The notes under the pieces are model-generated. The model saw only the letters and a program-made list of their open reading frames with translations. It had not been told where the DNA came from and made no database searches. Source: Bacteroidales bacterium (lineage in GTDB: Bacteria; Bacteroidota; Bacteroidia; Bacteroidales; UBA10428). Taken from it: 64,000 bases of DNA. The DNA lies in the NCBI GenBank assembly GCA_016935355.1, contig JAFGRC010000158.1, positions 796-64,795 of the forward strand, written 5' to 3'. Positions 28,801 to 36,348 of this stretch are shown piece by piece; position 1 is the stretch's first letter, and the number at the start of each line of letters is the position of its first letter. Made by a program: the position numbers and the translations under genes.

Positions 28801-30084
28801 TCCCGAAGGATGTCTATGAAGTTCGAAATAAAAATCTTCCCCGAAAATTTTTCTGTATTTTTCTGCTGCCTCACGGGCAGCTTCAATACCGTCATGAAGC
28901 AACAGCCAGGGTATTTCACCATGCAGGCAGGCAGTCAATGCAATGAGTCCTGTTTTATGCTGTTTTAATAATTCTTGATCGATCCGGGGCTTATAGTAGT
29001 AACCTTCTGTCCATCCATATGAAACAAGCTTAATCAGATTTTGATAGCCCTGCCTGTTCTTTGCCAGCAATACCAGATGAAAACCACTTGCGTCAATTTT
29101 TTCTGTTTTATCATGCCTCGATCTTCTTGCAACATATACCTCACAACCTAAGATCGGTTTTATGCCCATTCTGGTTGCTTCATTATGAAATTCCTTGACT
29201 CCAAACATGTTCCCGTGGTCCGTAATGGCCAAAGCCGACATGTTGTCGTTTTTCACTTTTTCCAGTAATGTTTGAATATCCGAAGCACCGTCAAGTATTG
29301 AATACTGTGTGTGGACATGAAGATGTGTAAAAGAAAAACGATCCGTTTCTGCCTCTGATTGTTCGGATCCAATCTCAATGTTGGTTGTTTCTGCTGATTT
29401 TTTTTCAGGCGGGGTATACTGATCATGAATCGTGACAGGAGGTACTATTTCGGGAAAATTCTGTTTAAACTGATGCACATCATCTTGTTTCATGCGCAGA
29501 TCCACTCCTGATATGAGTTCCAATCGTACCATTTCAAGAAAGCACCTTGCTGTTGCGGCAACATCAGCCACAGCGTTATGTGCTTCCTCAAAATTCTCCC
29601 CGAATAACCTGGAATACAACTCTGATAATGTCGGCCATTTGAATTTGCCTCCCTTTCCTCCCGGGATTGCACAATAATCGGTTGATCCCTCCTTTGTACA
29701 GAAAGCCGGAACTTCAAACAACCTTGTGGGAATTGCAGTGCGAACAAATTCAGCACCAACTATTTTTAAATCGAAATCGATATTATGACCAACAATGAGT
29801 GTGGCTTTCTTCAGGGTCTCAGTAAAATATTCCAGGACGGCCTTCAGTTCCTGTCCTTCTTTCAGTGCCCTTTCCGTTGAAATGCCATGTATCTTTTCAG
29901 CTGCAAACGGGATGGTAAAACCTTCAGGTTTTATTATATAGCTACTTGCTTCAATGAAACTGCCCTTATGATCATAACACATCCATGCAAGCTGAACCAG
30001 TCGTGGCCAATTATTTACATCTGTTACGGGAGCATTGTAGATGCCGGGTAAACCTGTAGTTTCAGTGTCAAAAATCAGGAACAT
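25855..30084 (-). CDS. dnaE: DNA polymerase III alpha subunit with an N-terminal DnaQ-like 3'-5' exonuclease domain
   Basis: 1409 aa. Exo motifs: 'IFDTETTGL', 'VGHNIDFDLKIV', 'HNAVADVAATARCF'. Then PHP 'FTHLHVHTQYSILDGA', polymerase core 'GLLKMDFLGLKTL' and a C-terminal OB region. Confidence 0.95.
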   Translation of the reverse strand: MFLIFDTETTGLPGIYNAPVTDVNNWPRLVQLAWMCYDHKGSFIEASSYIIKPEGFTIPFAAEKIHGISTERALKEGQELKAVLEYFTETLKKATLIVGHNIDFDLKIVGAEFVRTAIPTRLFEVPAFCTKEGSTDYCAIPGGKGGKFKWPTLSELYSRLFGENFEEAHNAVADVAATARCFLEMVRLELISGVDLRMKQDDVHQFKQNFPEIVPPVTIHDQYTPPEKKSAETTNIEIGSEQSEAETDRFSFTHLHVHTQYSILDGASDIQTLLEKVKNDNMSALAITDHGNMFGVKEFHNEATRMGIKPILGCEVYVARRSRHDKTEKIDASGFHLVLLAKNRQGYQNLIKLVSYGWTEGYYYKPRIDQELLKQHKTGLIALTACLHGEIPWLLLHDGIEAAREAAEKYRKIFGEDFYFELHRHPSGSPEIDREVYENQVFVNKSLLELSAETGIKCVATNDVHFINKEDALAHDRLLCISTGKDMDDPTRMRYTHQEWLKTQQEMKELFKDVPVAIANTREVEEKVEYYELNSDPIMPDFPIPEGFRDAHEYLHFLTYQGANVRYPQINERIRERIDFELETISKMGYPGYFLIVWDVIRAAREMGVSVGPGRGSAAGSVVAYCLKITDIDPIQYDLLFERFLNPDRVSMPDIDIDFDEDGREKVLQYVVKKYGADRVAHVITFGTMAPKMAIRDVARVQRLDLAEADRLAKLIPDTPGTTFNDAYEKVPALQEEKTSSNELIATTLKYAEVLEGSVRQTGVHACGIIIGRDNLEEYIPICRSKDAELNVTQYEGAHIESVGMLKMDFLGLKTLSIIKDTLENIKISKNIEIDINSVPLDDQLTYELYSRGETTGLFQFESEGMKKYLKSLKPNRFEDLIAMNALYRPGPMDYIPSYINRKHGKEEIAYDIPEMEAYLKDTYGITVYQEQVMLLSQLLAGFSKGKADSLRKAMGKKIVAMMTDLQAQFEEGCVKNGHDPNIVRKIWKDWESFAHYAFNKSHSTCYAYISYQTAYLKAHYPAEFMAAVLSRNINDIKKIGFFMDECKRMGLNVLVPDVNESYARFTVNTDGNIRFGLAAIKGVGESAVEHIIEVRKQGGLFNNIYDLVERVNLTIVNKRCLEALAVSGGFDSFHDFKRYQYFDSQENGSSFIEQLIRYGNKVQSQNVSTPTLFGDLDTIEVLKPKPPETEEWSPLVTLNQEKEVIGIYLSAHPLDHFKIEMQQFCDVSLAELRDLVPLRDKELKTAGMVTKVKHATTKNGKPYGSFTIEDYTDYYTFTLFNKDYENFRKYMYEGYSLLLKGVIQDNTWKKPVELEFKIKEIFMLSSVRDELIHNIQIRIPIERLNDELVSEISEFVGKEKGNANMKVLVYDQTENVSVEMFSRYKKIALSNELFDYLTENRELEYRLY

Positions 30085-30247
30085 ATCAATCGTACGTCAG
30101 AATCATCCAACAAATTAAAATACAGTCATTTGATTTTTGCAGGAATCATTTGCCAAAGTATTGTAAAAATAAGGCAGTGAAGGATATGTTTGATGCAATG
30201 TTAATAAAAAAAGGAAAATTAATCTATTTTAAGCAGGAACGTCACAA

Positions 30248-30790
30248 TTACAGCGCGGATAAAGAAGAATTAAATAAAATTTCTTCTATTTGCCGTCTGA
30301 ACAATATTCTGGTTTCTTCAGGAGTCTGTGCTATCCCTGAAGAAATTGTCGGATTACCTTCCATTGGGCAAAATAAAAAGGTAGGAATACTCTGAATACC
30401 GAAAACAGATGCCAGCTCCTGCTCAACATCTACATCAACCTTATATATGTTGATCCTGCCGGCATATTCACCTGCCAGTTCTTCCAGTATGGGATCCGAT
30501 ATCTTACAGGGAGGACACCAGTCAGCATAAAAATCCACAATGCAGGGTAATTCGCCTTCATATACCCACTCTGCAGTGTTCTTTTCATAATCCATGATGA
30601 ATTTCAAAAATTCTGCTTTTGTTATATGGATCGGAGCAACGTTCTGATCACCCTCCGCATTCTGTATCATTGCAACCGACCCGTTTGATGAATCGGCTGG
30701 ATTTTGTAATGCCGGTTCACCTTTTTGTCCCTTACAACTTTGTAATGTCATCAGGGTAATGCTTAATATTAAAATGATCAACTTGTTCAT
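30248..30790 (-). CDS. Thioredoxin-fold lipoprotein (exported thiol:disulfide oxidoreductase-like)
   Basis: Lipoprotein signal 'LSITLMTLQSCKG'. Active site 'DFYADWCPPCK'. Confidence 0.8.
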   Translation of the reverse strand: MNKLIILILSITLMTLQSCKGQKGEPALQNPADSSNGSVAMIQNAEGDQNVAPIHITKAEFLKFIMDYEKNTAEWVYEGELPCIVDFYADWCPPCKISDPILEELAGEYAGRINIYKVDVDVEQELASVFGIQSIPTFLFCPMEGNPTISSGIAQTPEETRILFRRQIEEILFNSSLSAL

Positions 30791-31007
30791 GGTCTTTTAT
30801 TAAATTGGTTCTTGATTATTGTATATACAAAGAAACTAATAATTTGGATAAAAGTTTATAGAAATTACGTAAAATTCTATATATTTATATATCTATTTTA
30901 TTATATATATTCAAAAATGATGCCAGTCTGTTAATACCAGTTCTTTATTGGCAACGATATCTCAGATGCTTCCGGTATCTGATCCGAGAGCTAACGAAGT
31001 ATTCGCT

Positions 31008-31664
31008 TCAAGGGCCGGTCTTTCTTTTAAAACTGACAGGTTGACCGGTTGCGTTCATCTCAATTACATCCATCAGAATGAGATTTACCAGAATATGCTC
31101 CGCCTGTTCCGGACTGATCCTGGCTATTTTCAAAAATTTTGAAAAAGAGATCTCATCATGATCTTCCAGGTAATCAACAAGTGCTTTCTCTTCCTTATTA
31201 TAACTCAGAAATGCGCTCCTCTTCTTACTTGTGTTCTTCCATACGGACACCATTACCCGGTCTGCCTGCATATTCTGATCTCCTACCCGCATATATGCAA
31301 TCCATTTGCCTTTTTCATCCTGTGCATAATGTGGCCGCAATGTACTTTGGGGTATTTCAACCTCAAGTACCCATTTGCCTTCTACAAACCACTTCTTTAT
31401 GCGAAATGAAACCTCCGGATGACAATAGATTCGTGCAGCGGTTTCAACCATGTATGCTTCCTCATCACTTTGTATCCCGCTGATCTTGCCATTATCCTTA
31501 ACGCCGATCAATAATTTACCTCCGGTGGTATTGGAAAAAGCCGATAACGTCCGGGCAATTTTTTTTGCATCACTGATTTCAAATTTAAAATCAAGCTGTT
31601 GTCCCTCCCCTGAAAGAATCAGTTTCCTGATATACCGGAGCGATTTATGGGGATCAGGTTTCAT
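31008..31664 (-). CDS. AlbA_2 (Schlafen-related) putative DNA-binding domain protein with a C-terminal winged-helix-like region
   Basis: 'GEGQQLDFKFEISDAKKIARTLSAFSNTTGGKLLIGVKDNGKISG' is the typical AlbA_2 core. Confidence 0.6.
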   Translation of the reverse strand: MKPDPHKSLRYIRKLILSGEGQQLDFKFEISDAKKIARTLSAFSNTTGGKLLIGVKDNGKISGIQSDEEAYMVETAARIYCHPEVSFRIKKWFVEGKWVLEVEIPQSTLRPHYAQDEKGKWIAYMRVGDQNMQADRVMVSVWKNTSKKRSAFLSYNKEEKALVDYLEDHDEISFSKFLKIARISPEQAEHILVNLILMDVIEMNATGQPVSFKRKTGP

Positions 31665-32096
31665 GATGATTTGCTATAGACCGGACACTTAAAGCAGGTT
31701 CGGAAAAGATGATATTCAAAGAGCAAACGCACAGGAATATTCAGCTTTTCTTTACCGTCAGAATTCACCTGCGAATCATTTAATCTGAATATCTTTCAGG
31801 TCAATTCTTTCCAAAAATAATTCATTTTTGCTTTTTTATGAAAACAAATGATCGGTTCAAACTGATATTGCACGGAATCTTACAACACGAATAAAATTCA
31901 TTCTTTCCGGTTGATACTTTAAAAAAACGCAACAACAATTAAACCTATGCATTAAAAATCCGTAGAAGTCTGAAAGTATGATCAGTATTGCGAAAACAAG
32001 TATATCAAAAGGAAATCCATCCAGTGGTAATTTATATTTCAGTATGTAATATTATACCGTATCCGGATTGATTTTTGCCAAATTAAATCGAAACCA

Positions 32097-33674
32097 ATGA
32101 AAAGCATGAAGCTGGTATCTTTTATAATTATAACGGTCATCTTATTGATGATTCAAATGGCAGATAATGGCAGATCTCTGGTTTATGGAATACCAAATCG
32201 CCAGGTAAATCAGCCTGATTATAACCAGACCTTGTATCGGGAGCATTTGGCAAGGGGCGACCGGTATCTTTCAGAAAAGAATTATGCTGAAGCAATGCTT
32301 GAATATGAGAAGGCCTCCGCAATAATGCCTTATGAAGATGAACCCCGGCTGAAAATGCAAAGCATCGAGGCTACATTAGGCATTAACGAACTGGCAGAGG
32401 TAAAGAGGAAAGTCGAGCTGGCCAGGAAACAGGAAGCTGAAATGCTTCAGAAAGCACAGGAGGCTGAAACATCAAACAAGCAGGCAGCTTCAAGGGACAA
32501 TGCAGCTTATGATCAGTTTGTCCGGGACAGGGAAGCGCAATCCAAAAGAGACAGCCTAAGAAAGGTAATATTCGATACATACTCAGAAGAGCTCCAGAAG
32601 GCTGAACAGGGAACGGATATGCTGCTGCGCTCACAGGTATACCGGAAAATAGCCGACGCTTTCAATAAAGTCAGGGATGAAGAAATTGCCCTGAATTATT
32701 ATAATAAAGCGCTGGCAATCGAAGAAAAATACGGTCAGCCGGCAAATGTCTCCAGGTTATATGAAGAGATTGCCGATGTTTATTGCAATACCGGACATTT
32801 TCAAAATTCCATCAACAGTTACCAGAAGTCCCTTGAACTTAAGCAAAAAGAAGGAGATCAGGCAGGTGCTTCAGCCGTCATGTCAGATCTGGCGAATATT
32901 TATGAAACAACTTATGATTATTCAAAAGCAATTGACTATCTGGAACAGTCAAAAGAAATAAAAGAAAATATTGAAGATGAACATGGTCTGAAAGATGTAA
33001 TGGACAACCTGGGGGATGTGTATTACAAGCAGAAAGTCCTGACCAACTCCATTCTTTCCTATGAAAGAACCGTTGAAATCATCCGCAACCTGGAAATGGA
33101 AGACGCTCTTGGACCGGTATACAATAAGCTTGGTGTTGCCCATTATGAAATGGGTAATTATTCTGAAGCAGAAAAGTTTTTTAAAGTATCCATGCAAAAT
33201 CTCTATGAGTCCGTAAATCGAAAAGAGGCATCCATGAGCCTGAACAACCTTGGCAACCTTCTTTTCATCAACAACAAATACAATGATGCAATTTCATATT
33301 ATGAACGCTCCCTGGCGACAAAAATTGAAGCCGGCTATGACTATGGTAAAGCTGTTACATTATTCAATATCGGTAATGCATACAGAAGGTCAGGGAATCA
33401 GGAGGAAGCATTGAAATATTATAAACAAAGTCTTCACATAGCTGACAGTCTCAGCATCGTCTCACTTTCAGCCAAGAACCTTAAAGCTCTTGTGGCTGCA
33501 TTTGAGGCTTCGAAGAATTTCGAACAGGCTGCAGGAGTTCAGGCAAGACTCGATTCAATTGGCCTGATTTCTATAAGTATTGAGATACCCATTTCGGAAA
33601 ATGAAATGGATCTTGAGATGGAAAAAACCCAGGAAATTTTGTCAATGTTGAATGAAGAAGCGCTGAAAAGATAA
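32097..33674 (+). CDS. Tetratricopeptide-repeat protein with an N-terminal signal anchor; possibly truncated by an in-frame TAA
   Basis: N-terminal TM 'LVSFIIITVILLMIQ'. There is a coiled-coil region and many TPR units ('YYNKALAIEEKYG', 'SYQKSLELKQKEGD', 'YYERSLATKIEAG', 'YYKQSLHIADS'). Confidence 0.8.
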   Translation: MKSMKLVSFIIITVILLMIQMADNGRSLVYGIPNRQVNQPDYNQTLYREHLARGDRYLSEKNYAEAMLEYEKASAIMPYEDEPRLKMQSIEATLGINELAEVKRKVELARKQEAEMLQKAQEAETSNKQAASRDNAAYDQFVRDREAQSKRDSLRKVIFDTYSEELQKAEQGTDMLLRSQVYRKIADAFNKVRDEEIALNYYNKALAIEEKYGQPANVSRLYEEIADVYCNTGHFQNSINSYQKSLELKQKEGDQAGASAVMSDLANIYETTYDYSKAIDYLEQSKEIKENIEDEHGLKDVMDNLGDVYYKQKVLTNSILSYERTVEIIRNLEMEDALGPVYNKLGVAHYEMGNYSEAEKFFKVSMQNLYESVNRKEASMSLNNLGNLLFINNKYNDAISYYERSLATKIEAGYDYGKAVTLFNIGNAYRRSGNQEEALKYYKQSLHIADSLSIVSLSAKNLKALVAAFEASKNFEQAAGVQARLDSIGLISISIEIPISENEMDLEMEKTQEILSMLNEEALKR

Positions 33675-33860
33675 GACCTCTCGGAATCGGAAGCGAACAG
33701 AAAGGTTACGGATCTCTATATCAGCAACCTGAACAAAAAGTATGCAAGCGAACAAAACAAGAATAAATATCTCATTTTCATCTCTATTGGTCTTGGTGTT
33801 TTACTTGCAGTTGTTATGGTGTATTTCAGGATGCTATTAAAAAAAAGAAAACCGGCCTGA
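33675..33860 (+). other. In-frame continuation of the TPR ORF beyond its TAA stop, encoding a TM helix plus a basic tail
   Basis: Same frame as 32097-33674. Translation: 'DLSESEANRKVTDLYISNLNKKYASEQNKNKYLIFISIGLGVLLAVVMVYFRMLLKKRKPA*'. There is no internal start before the TM. Confidence 0.4.
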
Positions 33861-33989
33861 GTAAGGTGACCTGGATACGTGTAAAGAAGTATCCTGTGGT
33901 TCCATGCTACATACATTTAATTACTCAACAATTCCAAGTGCAAACACGCAGTGTAATTTCCCTGTCTTGTACTAAATCAGTGCATTTTG

Positions 33990-34063
33990 TGGAGAATAGG
34001 GGAGTCGAACCCCTGACCTATTGCATGCCATGCAATCGCTCTAGCCAACTGAGCTAATTCCCC
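33990..34063 (-). tRNA. tRNA-Ala (anticodon GGC)
   Basis: The reverse complement is GGGGAATTAGCTCAGTTGGCTAGAGCGATTGCATGGCATGCAATAGGTCAGGGGTTCGACTCCCCTATTCTCCA. It folds as a 74-nt cloverleaf with anticodon loop AT-GGC-AT, a G3:U70 pair (Ala identity) and a TTCGA T-loop. CCA is not encoded. Confidence 0.95.
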
Positions 34064-34065
34064 TA

Positions 34066-34160
34066 CTTGGGTGTGGGTGTGGGTGTGGGTGTGGAAGAGC
34101 AAGAGACTTGGGTGTGGGTATTTGGGTGTGGGTGTGGGTGTGGGTGTGGGTGTGGGTGTG
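34066..34160. repeat. Hexanucleotide tandem array (GGGTGT)n in two blocks, about 12 units
   Basis: Block 1 at 34069-34094 has 4.3 units. The spacer 'aagagcaagaga' follows. Block 2 at 34110-34160 has GGGTGT, GGGTAT, ttt, then 6 GGGTGT units. 'cttgggtgtgggt' opens both blocks. Confidence 0.95.
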
Positions 34161-34210
34161 AAAATAAAAAGAATGCGGGCAAAAGTATTAAAATATTTTC
34201 AGGTTTTCAA

Positions 34211-34218
34211 TAATTTTG
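34211..34218 (+). promoter_or_regulatory. Candidate Bacteroidota -7 promoter box (TAnnTTTG)
   Basis: TAATTTTG lies 20 nt upstream of the tonB-like ATG at 34238. I did not find a clear -33 element. Confidence 0.3.
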
Positions 34219-34237
34219 TATTCTGAAAGCGTATAAA

Positions 34238-34924
34238 ATGGAGACCAAAAAATCAAAAAAGGCAAGTCTCGAAAACAAGAGGTTCATATTTTTTGAAATC
34301 GGACTGATTGTTGCTTTATTGCTGACTTTGCTGGCTTTTGAATGGAAAAGCCGTCCTTCAGAAACAACCATGTTTTACGGGAGAACGGGCGATTATATCG
34401 ATGAAGAACAAATTCCGATCACGCGGCAGCAAAAAGAGGAGCCCCCTCCGCCGCCACCGCCAATAAACCCCTTTGAGCTTAATATTGTGGACAATGAAAC
34501 AATTCTGGACATACAACCTGAATTTGATAACGTAGAGGCACATATAAATCAGGAATATGATTTTTCCGATTTATCCATGTTGCCTGAGGAAAGTGTCACT
34601 GAAGAAGCCTTTTTTCTCGTCGAGGAAATGCCCAGGTTTATGGGGAGGGATGCCAACACTTTCAGCAGCTGGATACAGCGCAATATGATATATCCGCAAA
34701 GTGCGGTCCAGAACCGTATCAGCGGCAGGATCCAGGTATATTTTGAGATCAGTTCAACTGGTGAAGTGGTAAATGTAAAAATGTTGAAAGGACTCAATCC
34801 GGAACTCGATAAAGAGGTTATTCGCGTAATACTATCGTCAAATGGTTTATGGACACCGGGACAGCAGCGCGGCAGACCGGTGAAGGTACAGTTTAATTTT
34901 CCGATAAATTTTATTCTGAACTAG
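34238..34924 (+). CDS. tonB: Energy transducer TonB
   Basis: N-terminal TM 'FIFFEIGLIVALLLTLLAF', Pro-rich 'EEPPPPPPPINP', and a TonB C-terminal domain 'YPQSAVQNRISGRIQVYFEISSTGEV...GRPVKVQFNFPINF'. Confidence 0.85.
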   Translation: METKKSKKASLENKRFIFFEIGLIVALLLTLLAFEWKSRPSETTMFYGRTGDYIDEEQIPITRQQKEEPPPPPPPINPFELNIVDNETILDIQPEFDNVEAHINQEYDFSDLSMLPEESVTEEAFFLVEEMPRFMGRDANTFSSWIQRNMIYPQSAVQNRISGRIQVYFEISSTGEVVNVKMLKGLNPELDKEVIRVILSSNGLWTPGQQRGRPVKVQFNFPINFILN

Positions 34925-35065
34925 ATCGGATGAAGGTTGTTTCCTTAATTTATTTCAACAAAGTATAAAATTATCAGGTATTTTGTAACTTTTTTTGAAA
35001 TCTTCCGAATATCTAATAAATGAACTCTTTTATAAGAGGTTTTATTGCTATTTAAACCAAACAAT

Positions 35066-36241
35066 ATGGTCATGAAGTGGTATTCATTTCTTTTTACCCT
35101 TTTAATACTGTCCGGTTGCGCATCATCAAAAAAGCTTTTGCAAAAAGGTGACTACGATTCTCTGATAGACAAATCCGTTAAAAACCTTATTAAAAATCCG
35201 GATAGTGAAGACGATGCCGAAATGCTTGACAAGGCCTATAACCTTGCCAATGAAAGAGATCAGGAACGGGTCAGGTACCTGAAACTGGAAGGCAATCCGG
35301 ATACCTGGGATGAAATATTCAGTCTTTATAACAGCATGAAATACAGGCAGACAACTGTCAGGAAAGTGTTGCCTTTACACATTAACGGAAGGACAGTTGA
35401 GTATGAATTTGTGGATTATGATGCAGAAATCGTTGCGGCCAAGAGGAATGCTTCCGAATTTTTTTATGCACATGGTAAAAAACTGATGGAAAACAATAAT
35501 AAAGAATCCTACCGGCAAGCCTATAACGAACTGACAAGGGCCAGGGAATATTCCGGAGGATCATATCCGGATCTGGACGGTCTGATCGATGAGTGCAGGT
35601 ATAAAGGCATGAGCAGGGTTCTTCTTAGTGTTGTAAACCGCACCATCATTAACCTGCCACAGGAATTTTCCGACGGACTGGTCGCTGTTAATGCTACTGA
35701 GCTGAACAGTCAATGGGTTGAATACTATACACGCAACTATGATAAGCAAACGGATTACGATTATTACGTTGATATCATCCTTCAGGCGATCAATGTCTCA
35801 CCTGATCTGGTGAAGAGCACCGACTATATCGAAAAAAAGACCATTGAAGACGGCTTTGAATATGTGCTGGATGACAGGGGAAATGTAATGAAGGATACTG
35901 CCGGAAATGATATTAAAATAGCAAAGTATAAAGAAGTTCAGTGTGCTGTTGTCGAGCAACTGCAACAAAAGGACTGTAATATAACCGGAGAAATTGAGTT
36001 CAATTCTGCCAATCCGCAATCCCTGCTAAAAAAACAGCCCATTGCAGCAGTCACGCATTTTGAGTATGTCTCTGCACGGGCAATAGGTGATCTGACAGCC
36101 CTTTCACCGGAAAAGAAAAGTCTGGTTGACATTGAGCCAATTCCTTTTCCTGACGACATTCAAATGATCGTGGATTGCACGGAAGCGTTGAAAAATTCCA
36201 TCCATGATGCGATACGTTATAACCGCAATCTTCTGAGATAA
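35066..36241 (+). CDS. Hypothetical lipoprotein
   Basis: Lipobox 'LLILSGCASSKK'. The start could be the ATG at 35066 or 35072; the track's TTG at 35045 is less likely. No family recognised. Confidence 0.6.
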   Translation: MVMKWYSFLFTLLILSGCASSKKLLQKGDYDSLIDKSVKNLIKNPDSEDDAEMLDKAYNLANERDQERVRYLKLEGNPDTWDEIFSLYNSMKYRQTTVRKVLPLHINGRTVEYEFVDYDAEIVAAKRNASEFFYAHGKKLMENNNKESYRQAYNELTRAREYSGGSYPDLDGLIDECRYKGMSRVLLSVVNRTIINLPQEFSDGLVAVNATELNSQWVEYYTRNYDKQTDYDYYVDIILQAINVSPDLVKSTDYIEKKTIEDGFEYVLDDRGNVMKDTAGNDIKIAKYKEVQCAVVEQLQQKDCNITGEIEFNSANPQSLLKKQPIAAVTHFEYVSARAIGDLTALSPEKKSLVDIEPIPFPDDIQMIVDCTEALKNSIHDAIRYNRNLLR

Positions 36242-36348
36242 TTAATGTGCCCGTACTTTAGCAGTAAGAATTAATGTCAATAATTTCCTAGTTTTGTTGT
36301 TGTTTTGAAGACTGAACATGGCAATACAGACAAGGGGGATTTAATATT

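Noticed and set aside
31665-32096. A structured RNA gene (tmRNA, RNase P, SRP, 6S or riboswitch) in the 432-nt spacer and in other long spacers (5356-5646, 8966-9218, 10560-10812, 54486-54776).
   Set aside because: I could not find conserved signature sequences or convincing extended helices by eye. The regions are AT-rich and look like promoter or leader DNA. A covariance-model scan would be needed to exclude them fully.
33716-33916. A minus-strand 66-aa ORF between the TPR gene and tRNA-Ala.
   Set aside because: The plus-strand in-frame continuation of the TPR gene explains the same DNA better, with a clean TM helix and a positive tail. The minus ORF has no supporting features.
33990-34063. 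tRNA-Ala as an integration site of a genomic island or prophage.
   Set aside because: No integrase, excisionase or phage-like genes lie in the flanking 10 kb. I did not spot a duplicated copy of the tRNA 3' end by eye.
34066-34160. The GGGTGT array as a CRISPR array or as a telomere-like or mobile-element terminus.
   Set aside because: The unit is only 6 nt with no unique spacers, and no cas genes are present. No transposase, integrase or linear-replicon genes lie nearby. It is a microsatellite-type tandem repeat.
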